DNA from: Bdellovibrionota bacterium
Lineage (GTDB): Bacteria; Bdellovibrionota; UBA1018; CAUJDS01
Direction of reading: 5' to 3'
DNA length: 64,000 nt
Assembly: GCA_963169695.1 (NCBI GenBank)
Contig: CAUJDS010000026.1
Coordinates: forward strand, 2,168-66,167
How positions within the stretch are numbered: the stretch's first letter is position 1; each line of letters opens with the position of its first letter. The position numbers and the translations under genes were made by a program. The notes beneath the pieces are model-generated. The model saw only the letters and a list, made by a program, of their open reading frames with translations. It was not told where the DNA came from and did no database searches. Below, in pieces: positions 10,526 through 19,994 of the stretch.

Positions 10526-11461
10526 GTGAACATGCCTCGTCATGTTTCTATTTTGCTTGGAGAGTCTTGTGATCCGCTGATCGCCGGAGCGCAGTCCCTT
10601 TTGAAAAGAGGGATGGGGCCGGCTTGTTTGGTCGATGCTACCTTTGGTGGTGGCGGACATACCGCCTACCTACTTGAGAAGCTCAAGGAGCTTCAAAGTG
10701 CCTGGCCTGGACTAAAGCTCGTGGGAGTCGATCGGGACCTGCACGCGATTGAGGCAGGAAGGGAGCGGTTTGCTGAAGCACTAAACGAAAATCGGCTGGA
10801 GTTGGTTCACTCGCGATTTGCGTCGTTGTTAGGTCATTTGAGTGGAAGGCCACTGGTGGGGCTGCTTGCGGATTTCGGTATTTCCAGTGATCAACTCGAT
10901 GATGCTTCGCGCGGGTTGAGCTTTCTCGGCGAAGGCCCCCTGGACATGAGGATGTCACAAGAGTCGGGCGATCCTTCAGCCTTTGATTTGCTTGAAACAC
11001 TGACACAGAAACAGTTGGAAACTATTCTCTGGGAGTATGGTGAGGAGCGCTTTTCGCGTCGCATAGCGGCTTCTATTATCGAGGCCCGCCATCGCGGAGA
11101 GTTGGTCAATTCTACTCGAGACTTTGCACAACGTATCATTCGCGCGTTACCTGCGGCGCATCGTCATGGTCGGATTCATGGAGCCACTCGAAGTTTTCAG
11201 GCTTTGCGAATGGCCGTGAATCAAGAACTCCAGGAGATTGAAGCCTTTCTGGCCGGGCCTGTGATAAAATTGGAGCCAGGAGCTCGAGTGGCTGTTCTGA
11301 GTTTTCATTCGCTCGAAGATCGCTTGGTGAAACAGGCCTTCCGAGATCGAAAATTTTTCCTGTCCCTTACCAAAAAGCCAGCTCGGGCCTCGGATGAGGA
11401 AGTCGCACAAAACAGCCGAGCACGCAGTGCGCGTCTTCGGGTAGCGGAGCGACTTCTCTAA
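10526..11461 (+). CDS. rsmH: 16S rRNA (C1402-N4) methyltransferase RsmH/MraW
   Basis: TFGGGGHT, DFGISSDQLD, SFHSLEDR motifs. First gene of the dcw cluster. Confidence 0.92.
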   Translation: MNMPRHVSILLGESCDPLIAGAQSLLKRGMGPACLVDATFGGGGHTAYLLEKLKELQSAWPGLKLVGVDRDLHAIEAGRERFAEALNENRLELVHSRFASLLGHLSGRPLVGLLADFGISSDQLDDASRGLSFLGEGPLDMRMSQESGDPSAFDLLETLTQKQLETILWEYGEERFSRRIAASIIEARHRGELVNSTRDFAQRIIRALPAAHRHGRIHGATRSFQALRMAVNQELQEIEAFLAGPVIKLEPGARVAVLSFHSLEDRLVKQAFRDRKFFLSLTKKPARASDEEVAQNSRARSARLRVAERLL

Positions 11462-11476
11462 GGAAGAGGGGCGGCC

Positions 11477-11746
11477 GTGTCAAAAAAGCAATTCTCTCAA
11501 GGCGTCCTAGTCGCCATTTTTGGGCTGGCCATTGCAACGGTCTGGTTGCGACTGGCCATTATTCGAAGGACTTACGAAGTCAATCAGCTGGACCTTTCCG
11601 CTCGCAACGTTTCACGTGAGATCGTCGGACTCAAAGTGCAGCTGGCCAAAGCCAAAACGCCAAGCCACTTGGAGAGGCTTGCAAGGAAGTGGGGCTTTTC
11701 TCAGCCTTCCACTGAACAGCTAGTGCGACTTGAGGAGCAGCCTTGA
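11477..11746 (+). CDS. ftsL: FtsL-like cell division protein
   Basis: 89 aa with a single TM helix followed by a coiled-coil segment, at the conserved position between rsmH and ftsI. The assignment rests on position and architecture only. Confidence 0.55.
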   Translation: MSKKQFSQGVLVAIFGLAIATVWLRLAIIRRTYEVNQLDLSARNVSREIVGLKVQLAKAKTPSHLERLARKWGFSQPSTEQLVRLEEQP

Positions 11747-13728
11747 TCTCCAAAAACAGGCTTATTTTTGCTACGGTTTTGTGCTTTGCCGCTTTCTTAA
11801 CTTTAGCGTTACGTGCGGCTCAGTTTCAGTTAGCAACGGACCCGAGGCTTGCTCAACTTGCGCTCAGGCAGTATCGATCGCGGGTATTGGTGCTGCCTCA
11901 GCGAGGACCCATTCAAGATCGAAATGGGGAACCGCTCGCCGTTAATGTTGAGGTCCCAAGTCTCGCGGCAAATCCGAAGAAGTGGAAGCCCAAGACGAGT
12001 TACCTCAGGGCCCTTTCTCGTCGCCTTGGAGTTCCTTATGCGACGCTTAAGGAACGATTGGATTCAGATCGGAGTTTTGTGTGGCTGAAGCGGCATCTTT
12101 CGGATGCTCAGGTGGCTTTTCTTAAGGAACCCCCTGAGGGACTTTGGTTGGTCAAAGAAAGTCGTCGTGTCTATCCAAACGGAACACTCGCCTCTCAAGT
12201 CCTGGGACAAGCCAATATTGATCTAGAAGGCATTGAAGGAATGGAACTGAAGTTCGACAGCCGTCTTCGCGGAGAATCACGCGTTGTCGAATCCATTCGA
12301 GATGGCTTGATGCGCCCAGCCTTTCTTGAAAGTGCGATGCCTGAGTCTGGCGCCGCTTCATCTCAGACGAGAGCCTTGCAACTCACCCTCGACTCAGGAC
12401 TGCAGTTTGAAGTCGAAAAACTCCTGCATGCTGCACAAGACGCAACAGGCGCTGAGTCTGGCTCGGTCCTTGTGATGGATGCTTCGACTGGAGAAATTTT
12501 GGTGATGGCAGGGGTTCCAAGCTTTGACCCCAACCGCAAGCAGGCATCTCCCGCCCTTCGCCGCAATCGAATCGTTACGGATGGCTTTGAACCGGGCTCA
12601 ACCATGAAACCCTTTTTAGTTTTGAGTGCCTTGCAGGCGGGAAAATCGCTTCAATCTCGTGTTTGGGGAGGGATGGGAAAAATCCGTGTACAAGGACATT
12701 GGATCTCAGAGGCAAAAGAGGATGAACGCTTTGGGTGGCTGACCCTCGAGAAGCTTTTGCAAGTCTCAAGCAATGTGGGTTCGGCTGCTCTTGCGTTGGA
12801 CCTTGGAGCTCCACGGCTTATGAATTTCTTGGAACAGATGGGGTTTGGCTCGAAGTCGGGCATCGAATTTCCGGGTGAGATTTCTGGTTGGCTTCCTCAA
12901 AGGAAACAGCTTCCCCTTCACACGCTTGCAAGCATGGGATTTGGCCAAGGAATGTTGGCGACGCGTCTTCAGGTAGCGCGGGCCTATGCTGCTATCCTCA
13001 ATGGGGGGTGGCTGGTTCGTCCCACGCTCTTGAAGGATCCAGAATTTCAGAAGGCTTTTCCACCGGTGAGGGTGTTTCCGGCGGAACACGCGGTACTCCT
13101 TCAAAAAGCGCTGGCGAAGGTTACGCAAGAGGGTGGGACGGGACTATCCGCGCAAGTCGAAGGCTATCGGATAGCGGGCAAAACTGGGACGGCCCAAATG
13201 ATTGATCCACGGACCAGGACCTATTCTCAAAAAGACTATATTGCCTCTTTTGCTGGCTTCGCCTTGGACCTCGAGCCCAAGCTGGTGGTGCTAACTGTTT
13301 TGGATAAGCCAAAAGGAAGCTATTACTCTGCAAGCACAGCGGCGCCCCTATTCAAATCCGTGTTTCAGGCTATTGCCAGTCGATTGAATCCTCAAATGCG
13401 CACCCACGTTGCTAAAGTTCACAAAGACCATTTTAACTCATCCGTCGCAATGCGAAGCTTAAAGCGATTCCTTCAAGAAGAAGACAGCCTTACGGACCTT
13501 GGTCGTCGAGCATTTGATCCGATAGAATCCCAATCCAGCGACGACCGAGTCTGGGTTATGCCTTCTCTCAAGGGATTATCACCGCGAGAATTGGCTAGAT
13601 CACTCAAAGGACATTCCTTTGATTTAGAAGTTCGAGGGTTTGGAACCGTCGCCAGACAATTCCCCGAAGTGGGTAGGCACGTATCCGATGGGGACAAAAT
13701 CGTGGTACACCTTGTCCAAGAACCATGA
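11743..13728 (+). CDS. ftsI: Peptidoglycan D,D-transpeptidase FtsI (class B PBP) with C-terminal PASTA domain
   Basis: SxxK (GSTMKPF), SxN (VSSNVG) and KTG (GKTGTAQ) motifs. The C-terminal ~60 aa fit PASTA. The TTG start overlaps the ftsL stop. Confidence 0.9.
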   Translation: MISKNRLIFATVLCFAAFLTLALRAAQFQLATDPRLAQLALRQYRSRVLVLPQRGPIQDRNGEPLAVNVEVPSLAANPKKWKPKTSYLRALSRRLGVPYATLKERLDSDRSFVWLKRHLSDAQVAFLKEPPEGLWLVKESRRVYPNGTLASQVLGQANIDLEGIEGMELKFDSRLRGESRVVESIRDGLMRPAFLESAMPESGAASSQTRALQLTLDSGLQFEVEKLLHAAQDATGAESGSVLVMDASTGEILVMAGVPSFDPNRKQASPALRRNRIVTDGFEPGSTMKPFLVLSALQAGKSLQSRVWGGMGKIRVQGHWISEAKEDERFGWLTLEKLLQVSSNVGSAALALDLGAPRLMNFLEQMGFGSKSGIEFPGEISGWLPQRKQLPLHTLASMGFGQGMLATRLQVARAYAAILNGGWLVRPTLLKDPEFQKAFPPVRVFPAEHAVLLQKALAKVTQEGGTGLSAQVEGYRIAGKTGTAQMIDPRTRTYSQKDYIASFAGFALDLEPKLVVLTVLDKPKGSYYSASTAAPLFKSVFQAIASRLNPQMRTHVAKVHKDHFNSSVAMRSLKRFLQEEDSLTDLGRRAFDPIESQSSDDRVWVMPSLKGLSPRELARSLKGHSFDLEVRGFGTVARQFPEVGRHVSDGDKIVVHLVQEP

Positions 13729-15212
13729 TCTGGACATTAGGAAAACTCCTGAACCTACCTTGCGGATCTGCTGAAACCCTGCCTGTTCGTGGGCTTTCGG
13801 TTCATTCTGGATCAATCCAACCGGGAGATGTTTTTTTTGCCTTAAAAGGCACCCAAGTAGATGCCCATGATTTTGCGCTAGATGCCCAAAGCCGTGGAGC
13901 GAGTGTCATTGTCGGGGAGCGTCCGCGCCTCGATTTGGATCTCAAAGTACCCTACCTAAGCATCCCTCGCCTTGCGGAAGAACTTGGTAGCATTGCTTCC
14001 CGCTTTTATGGGGATCCTTCTCACTCCATGCAAATGATTGGCGTTACCGGAACAAGCGGGAAGACCACTACGACTCATATTTTGGAGAGCATCTTTCAGG
14101 CTGCTGGGAAGCAAGTTGGACTGATCGGTACCATTGAAAATCGATTTGCTGCTATTCGGAGCACACCCTCGCTTACGACGCCTGGACCCCTCGAATTGCA
14201 ACGATTGCTTGCCGAAATGAAGCAGGCGGGTGTGGAAGTGGTTTTGATGGAGGTTTCGTCGCATGCCCTTCATCAGCATCGTGTTTCGGGTATTGCTTGG
14301 GATGTAGGCGTGTTTTTGAACTTGTCACATGACCATTTGGACTACCATCGGACGCTCGACGCTTACTTTGAAGCCAAGCTCCTTCTCTTTTCTCGTGGGC
14401 TGCTTGCTGCTAGGCAAAATGGCAAATCACCTCTTGCGGTGCTTGAGACCAGGAGTGAGTGGGGCCCAAAAGCCTTGGATCGCATAAAAGACCTTACTCA
14501 CCTTGCTTCGGTGGTGACGACTTCTACGACAAAGCGAGACCTTCGGTTTTCTCTTGGGGGAGTGGACGGAACCTTACAGACTCATCGAGGGCTGCTGAAG
14601 GTACGATCTCCATTGTTAGGAAAATTCAATGCTCAGAATCTTGAAATGGCCATGACAGTGGCCCAGGAGCTTGGAATAGCGAGTGGCGCCATTGAGGCAG
14701 GGGTATCGCGTCTAGGCGGAATCCCCGGACGAATGGAGCCCGTTCCGATTCCAAAAGGACGAGTCTTTGTCGACTATGCTCACAAACCCGAGGCCCTTCG
14801 CAAAGCCCTTGAGGAATTGCGAGGATTGATGGATCGGGGTGGAAAATTGCTTACCGTCTTTGGATGTGGAGGTAATAGGGACCGTGCCAAGCGGCCGGTG
14901 ATGGGGCAGATTGCAGCTGCTCACTCAGATTTGCTTTGGATCACCTCGGACAATCCAAGAAAAGAAGATCCAGAGGCAATCATCGAAGAAATCCTTCAGG
15001 GGTTGCCTCAAAACTTCCCGGCGCAGGTCATTTCGGACCGCAAAGAGGCCATCGAGTCTGCCTTGGCGGCCTTGGGCGACAAAGATGTCTTATTTATTGC
15101 CGGAAAAGGTCACGAAAACTACCAGCTACTGGGAGAAACTCGACACCCGTTCAGTGATCGCAATACTGTGATTGAGTGGGTGGCTCACACGAGCCCTCTT
15201 CAAAATTCCTGA
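13725..15212 (+). CDS. murE: UDP-MurNAc-L-Ala-D-Glu:meso-DAP ligase
   Basis: Mur ligase P-loop GVTGTSGKTTT and a DNPR motif (SDNPRKEDP) typical of MurE. Confidence 0.92.
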   Translation: MIWTLGKLLNLPCGSAETLPVRGLSVHSGSIQPGDVFFALKGTQVDAHDFALDAQSRGASVIVGERPRLDLDLKVPYLSIPRLAEELGSIASRFYGDPSHSMQMIGVTGTSGKTTTTHILESIFQAAGKQVGLIGTIENRFAAIRSTPSLTTPGPLELQRLLAEMKQAGVEVVLMEVSSHALHQHRVSGIAWDVGVFLNLSHDHLDYHRTLDAYFEAKLLLFSRGLLAARQNGKSPLAVLETRSEWGPKALDRIKDLTHLASVVTTSTTKRDLRFSLGGVDGTLQTHRGLLKVRSPLLGKFNAQNLEMAMTVAQELGIASGAIEAGVSRLGGIPGRMEPVPIPKGRVFVDYAHKPEALRKALEELRGLMDRGGKLLTVFGCGGNRDRAKRPVMGQIAAAHSDLLWITSDNPRKEDPEAIIEEILQGLPQNFPAQVISDRKEAIESALAALGDKDVLFIAGKGHENYQLLGETRHPFSDRNTVIEWVAHTSPLQNS

Positions 15213-15238
15213 AATTTTGAGTGGTTATCAATGAGCCC

Positions 15239-15266
15239 TTGACTTAGTTTTTCCTTTTTCTATAGC
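15239..15266 (+). promoter_or_regulatory. Candidate sigma70-type promoter in the murE-mraY gap
   Basis: TTGACT (15239-15244), 16-nt spacer, TATAGC (15261-15266), ending 12 nt upstream of the mraY ATG. Sequence pattern only. Confidence 0.25.
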
Positions 15267-15277
15267 ATGGACATCGC

Positions 15278-16354
15278 ATGCTCTTGCAATTGCTCTACCC
15301 ATTTGCGGCCGATTATTCGTTTTTACACGTCTTCAAATACATAAGTTTCAGAACTTTCGGGGCTGCTATTACGGCGGTTCTTGTTTGCATGGTGCTAGGC
15401 CCTGGATACATTCGTTGGCTCCAGAAAAAGCAAATTGGCCAGCAAGTTCGGAATGATGGGCCTTCCAGTCACCTTACGAAACAGGGGACCCCGACCATGG
15501 GAGGTGGCCTGATTTTGATGGCGATTGCAGTATCGACCTTGCTTTGGGCCGATCTGAAGAATCATTACATATGGATCTGCCTCTTCTCCACGTTGACCTT
15601 TGGGGCCATTGGCTTGGTTGACGATCTTTCCAAAGTGCATCACGGCTCATCCAAGGGCCTAACGGCGCGACAAAAATTCCTCCTTCAAGTCCTGGTCGCG
15701 AGTGGAGTGGCTTTGATTTTGTATTTCTTCCGAGATTCACCTCCGCTGTTGAAATTTCCATTCTTTAAGAATTTGGCTGTCGACCTTGGGATTTTCTATG
15801 TTCCTTTTGCAATTCTGGTCATTGTGGGAGCTTCAAACGCTGTCAATTTGACGGATGGATTGGACGGACTGGCGGTGGGGCCTACGATTACGACGGCCTC
15901 GACTTTTCTGATCCTTTCTTATTGCGCCGGTCACGTTATGATTGCGGAATACTTGCAGATTCCCTATGTGGCAGGAGCAGGAGAGTTGGCGGTTTTCCTC
16001 GCTTCTGTTGCGGCGGGATGTTTAGGGTTTTTGTGGTACAACACCTACCCTGCGCAGGTTTTTATGGGAGATATTGGATCCCTGGCACTGGGTGCAGCAT
16101 TGGGTACGGCAGCTGTTATTTCAAAAAACGAAATCCTTTTGGCTATTTGCGGAGGAATTTTCGTTTTGGAAGCCTTTTCGGTCATGGCTCAAGTAGTCTC
16201 CTTTAAAATGACAGGAAAGCGAGTTTTCAGAATGGCTCCCATTCATCACCATTTTGAGCTAAAAGGTTGGGCCGAGCCCAAGGTTATTGTGCGGTTTTGG
16301 ATTATTTCGGTGTTGTTAGCGCTCATCACGCTTTCAACCCTCAAACTTCGTTAG
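15278..16354 (+). CDS. mraY: Phospho-N-acetylmuramoyl-pentapeptide transferase
   Basis: 10-TM protein with [13 protein letters not shown] and HHHFE motifs. Confidence 0.95.
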   Translation: MLLQLLYPFAADYSFLHVFKYISFRTFGAAITAVLVCMVLGPGYIRWLQKKQIGQQVRNDGPSSHLTKQGTPTMGGGLILMAIAVSTLLWADLKNHYIWICLFSTLTFGAIGLVDDLSKVHHGSSKGLTARQKFLLQVLVASGVALILYFFRDSPPLLKFPFFKNLAVDLGIFYVPFAILVIVGASNAVNLTDGLDGLAVGPTITTASTFLILSYCAGHVMIAEYLQIPYVAGAGELAVFLASVAAGCLGFLWYNTYPAQVFMGDIGSLALGAALGTAAVISKNEILLAICGGIFVLEAFSVMAQVVSFKMTGKRVFRMAPIHHHFELKGWAEPKVIVRFWIISVLLALITLSTLKLR

Positions 16355-16364
16355 AAAGAAAATA

Positions 16365-17747
16365 ATGAGCAAATTTAAAGGCAAAAAAATCCTAATTGTT
16401 GGTTTGGGACGTTCGGGAGTGGCTGTTGCAAAATATATGGCAAAGCAAGGTGCCAAAATCATGGTCACCGACATCAAACAAAAAACAGAGTTGATGGAAT
16501 ACATCAAAGACATCGCTCATCTCAAAATTGAATATGATCTCGGCAGACATACCAATAAATATTTTCATGAAGCAGATTTGATTGTGCTGAGTCCGGGTGT
16601 TCCTAATTCTGTTAAGGCTCTCGAAGAAGCACGTGAGATGGGTGTTGCAGTCACAACCGAAGTGGACCTCGCTGCTCGGTCCATCGACAAGCCATTGATT
16701 GCGGTGACGGGGACCAATGGCAAGACTACGACTTCAATGTTGATCAATAAAATGTTTCAGTGTGATCAACAGAAGACTTTCTTGGGTGGAAACATTGGCA
16801 ATCCACTTCTCAATTATTTTACCGATGAAGCCACTGCAGACGTGGTGGTAGTGGAATTGTCCAGCTTTCAAATCGCTTTGTCCGAGAAGCTCGTTCCGGC
16901 TGTAGCGGTCTTTACCAATATCGGCGAAGACCATTTGGATCGTTACTCGGATATGGAATCCTATATTCAGGATAAGAAGAAACTATTGAAGGCTTGCGAT
17001 CGCAATACCTTTGTTGTCCTCAATTTTGACGATCCTGTTGTGGCAGGCTTTTCGGATGAAAATCATGGAAAGTTGCTATGGTTTACCAAACGCAATCCAA
17101 TGAAAATTGGTGGACAGTTTGCCGAAGAATTTAGCGGTGCTTACCTCAGTGAAGATGGCAAAACGATTCACTCCAAAATTGCCGGCCGAGAAGAAGTCTA
17201 TGACCTTTCTCATTTCTGTCTTTTCGGTGAACATAATAAAGAAAATCTCATGGCTGCTATATGCGCTGCCAGAGTCCAAGGAGTCAAAGCTAAGTCTATT
17301 CAAGATGCGATTGATACCTTTTCTGGCGTGCCGCATCGACTAGAGTTTGTGCGTAAGAAAAATGGCGTCTACATCTTTAATGACTCCAAAGCGACCAATG
17401 TCATGAGCGTACAAAAAAGCCTCATGGCTTTTAAGAAGAGCCCTATCATCTTGATTGGTGGCGGCCGCGACAAGGACATGGATTTCACTCTCTTGGCGGA
17501 TTACGTTAAAAATCGAGTCAAAATCCTGATCCTCATTGGAGAAGCGAAGGAAAAGATGAATCGCGCGATTGGCGATTATTGCGAAACCTACTTGCTAGGA
17601 ACTTTTGAAGAAGCTGTATTGCTGGCCTATCAAAAATCCAGAAGCGGCGATATCATACTCTTATCGCCGGGGTGCGCTAGCTATGACATGTTCCGAAATT
17701 TTGAAGAACGTGGGGATTACTTCAAAAAGCTGGTCAATCAGCTTTAA
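16365..17747 (+). CDS. murD: UDP-MurNAc-L-Ala:D-Glu ligase
   Basis: N-terminal Rossmann GLGRSG and Mur ligase P-loop VTGTNGKTTT. Confidence 0.93.
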   Translation: MSKFKGKKILIVGLGRSGVAVAKYMAKQGAKIMVTDIKQKTELMEYIKDIAHLKIEYDLGRHTNKYFHEADLIVLSPGVPNSVKALEEAREMGVAVTTEVDLAARSIDKPLIAVTGTNGKTTTSMLINKMFQCDQQKTFLGGNIGNPLLNYFTDEATADVVVVELSSFQIALSEKLVPAVAVFTNIGEDHLDRYSDMESYIQDKKKLLKACDRNTFVVLNFDDPVVAGFSDENHGKLLWFTKRNPMKIGGQFAEEFSGAYLSEDGKTIHSKIAGREEVYDLSHFCLFGEHNKENLMAAICAARVQGVKAKSIQDAIDTFSGVPHRLEFVRKKNGVYIFNDSKATNVMSVQKSLMAFKKSPIILIGGGRDKDMDFTLLADYVKNRVKILILIGEAKEKMNRAIGDYCETYLLGTFEEAVLLAYQKSRSGDIILLSPGCASYDMFRNFEERGDYFKKLVNQL

Positions 17748-18882
17748 ACAGTATTTTCGATCCTTCACGCCAAAGGGCGTTGATCCTTGGCTCTTGGCCT
17801 CTCTTTTGGCCCTGCTGAGCTTTGGGCTTCTCATGGTCTACAGTTCTTCCTTTATTTTCGCGCACGAAAGAACTGGCGATGGATACTACTTTATTAAGCG
17901 CCAAGTCTTGTACGCAGTTTTGGGTTTAGCTTTGTTGGGCGGTTTGACCCGAATCTCCTATGAAAAGATCGAGCGTCGGTCGCGAATATTTCTCTTGGGT
18001 ACCTTGCTATTGATCGCGTGCGTGTTCATTCCTGGAGTTGGAGTCAAAGTAGGGGGCGCGCAACGTTGGATTCGTTTGGGACTTTTCCAGGTTCAACCTG
18101 CAGAGTTGGTTAAGTTGACTTTCATCGCTTGGCTAGCGGCTCGACTTGCCCAGTCTCAGCGGAAGGTCCAACCTCACAATATTTGGGAATTGATTCTCTT
18201 TCCTGCGGCCACCGTAGGGCTCCTACTGCTACAACCCGACTTTGGTACGACCGTTCTTTTAGGGATGATGTCACTTGGGCTTTTATACCTCAGTGGTATT
18301 TCACTTAAGCGATTTGCAGCAATGGTTGGGTGTTTCGTTCTCGCGGGAGCGGGACTTCTTGTCGCCGCACCGTACCGATTGGAACGATGGATGAGTTACC
18401 TCAATCCGTGGAAAGATCCTACGGGCAAGGGGTTTCAGATCCTTCAGTCTTTCTTGGGATTTCATAACGGAAGGTTTATGGGGGTTGGCCTAGGGAACAG
18501 TCGGGAAAAATTGTTTTTTCTCCCTGAAGCTCACAATGACTTTATTTTCTCAGTGATTGGAGAAGAACTCGGATACTTGGGAGTCCTCTGCGTATTGGGC
18601 GCATACGCTTTTATTATCTATCGAGGATTCAAGGCCTCTTGGGTCCTCTATCAGCAAAAAAGAGATCCCTTTGGCTATTTTTTGGGATGTGGACTCAGCC
18701 TGTATCTGGGGTTGCAGGCATTTATCAACCTCTCGGTTTCCTTAGGCTTGCTTCCTACGAAAGGGATGACCCTACCCCTCATTAGCTATGGCGGGTCGAG
18801 CTTATTGATCAATCTGATCGCTGCGGGACTATTATTGAATCTTTCTCGTGAGGCGCGTTCAGAAGGAAGGCGAGTTGTGTGA
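17683..18882 (+). CDS. ftsW: Peptidoglycan glycosyltransferase FtsW (SEDS family)
   Basis: Polytopic SEDS protein (PEAHNDFIFS, LPLISYGGSS). The track start at 17605 lies deep in murD. Candidate starts are ATG 17683, TTG 17701 and GTG 17710, and the choice remains uncertain. Confidence 0.88.
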   Translation: MTCSEILKNVGITSKSWSISFKQYFRSFTPKGVDPWLLASLLALLSFGLLMVYSSSFIFAHERTGDGYYFIKRQVLYAVLGLALLGGLTRISYEKIERRSRIFLLGTLLLIACVFIPGVGVKVGGAQRWIRLGLFQVQPAELVKLTFIAWLAARLAQSQRKVQPHNIWELILFPAATVGLLLLQPDFGTTVLLGMMSLGLLYLSGISLKRFAAMVGCFVLAGAGLLVAAPYRLERWMSYLNPWKDPTGKGFQILQSFLGFHNGRFMGVGLGNSREKLFFLPEAHNDFIFSVIGEELGYLGVLCVLGAYAFIIYRGFKASWVLYQQKRDPFGYFLGCGLSLYLGLQAFINLSVSLGLLPTKGMTLPLISYGGSSLLINLIAAGLLLNLSREARSEGRRVV

Positions 18883-19967
18883 CCAAACAAAACGCTAAGC
18901 TTCTTATTGCTGGCGGAGGTACAGGAGGGCATGTCTGGGCGGGAGTCGCTGTGGCTGAAGCTTGGCGCTCTCGTTTTGGACAAGACGCTCCCATTTGCTA
19001 CGTTGGAGCAAAAGGTAAGATTGAAGAACAGATTATCCCCAAAACAGGTCTGAAACTCTATTTGCTCAATTTGGGCAGCCTCAATCGAGTGACCTGGGCA
19101 CGCAAAATCAGCACGGTTGCTCAGCTACCACTGGCATTATGCAAATCGCTCTTCATACTTCTTCGTGAGCGTCCTCAAGTAGTTTTGGGCGTAGGCGGAT
19201 ATTCTTCGGGGCCTGTTCTTCTGGTGGCAGGGCTCTTCTCTTGGCTGTTTCGCTGGAAAACAGGAATTGTTGAACAGAATACCATTGCCGGTCTCACTAA
19301 CCGCATTCTTGGCCGCTTTGTAGACAAAATATTTTGCGCCTACGGAATGCCAAAATCCGATCTCCCCCGTCACAAAGTCGAAATTACGGGTAATCCCATA
19401 CGTATGCAAATGGAACCACTGGCATCTGCCGCTCGTAGACCGTTCCATCTATTTGTTTTTGGTGGGAGTCAGGGAGCCAGAGGACTTAATTCACTTGTAT
19501 TAGATGCGTTAGAGCATTTGGATGATCTCAAGGAAGTGCTTACCTGGACTCATCAGACTGGTAGGGCAGACTTTGAACGAGTGAAAGCTTATCACGATCG
19601 ATACCGCTCTCGAGCCGAAATCCTTGAGTTTATTTACGATATGAAAACTGTTTATGCTCAATCGTCGCTATTGATATGTCGTGCAGGGTCTTCGACGCTT
19701 TCGGAAATCGCAGCAGTCAATCGCGCCTCCATCCTAGTCCCTTTGCCAACTGCATCGGACAACCATCAATATGAGAATGCCAAGGTCTATGTTCAGGCTG
19801 GCGCGTCCCTGATGTTAGAACAAGACAAGGCCACTGGAGCTGAGTTGGCCGGCTTAATTAGAGCCCTCGTTTTGGATCCTCAGCGTATCGACCGGATGGA
19901 GCGAATGGTGCATGGATTCTACCGCCCCCATGCAGCGCGAGATATCGTAAAACAATTTGAGTTTTGA
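18879..19967 (+). CDS. murG: UDP-GlcNAc:lipid I GlcNAc transferase
   Basis: GGTGGHV G-loop and C-terminal RAGSSTLSEI...NHQYENA motif. The GTG start overlaps the ftsW stop. Confidence 0.92.
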   Translation: MTKQNAKLLIAGGGTGGHVWAGVAVAEAWRSRFGQDAPICYVGAKGKIEEQIIPKTGLKLYLLNLGSLNRVTWARKISTVAQLPLALCKSLFILLRERPQVVLGVGGYSSGPVLLVAGLFSWLFRWKTGIVEQNTIAGLTNRILGRFVDKIFCAYGMPKSDLPRHKVEITGNPIRMQMEPLASAARRPFHLFVFGGSQGARGLNSLVLDALEHLDDLKEVLTWTHQTGRADFERVKAYHDRYRSRAEILEFIYDMKTVYAQSSLLICRAGSSTLSEIAAVNRASILVPLPTASDNHQYENAKVYVQAGASLMLEQDKATGAELAGLIRALVLDPQRIDRMERMVHGFYRPHAARDIVKQFEF

Positions 19968-19994
19968 AGAAAAGAAGGCGAAGGTTCCTCAATC

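Noticed and set aside
17605-17682. Track-annotated 5' extensions of ftsW (17605), murB (21338), murA (41355), the SDR (30162), DksA paralog 1 (30625) and the lipoprotein (56356)
   Set aside because: The ORF track uses the longest ATG/GTG/TTG frame. These extensions overlap upstream genes or add non-homologous residues, while internal starts with RBS-like sequences or stop/start overlaps fit the protein families better.
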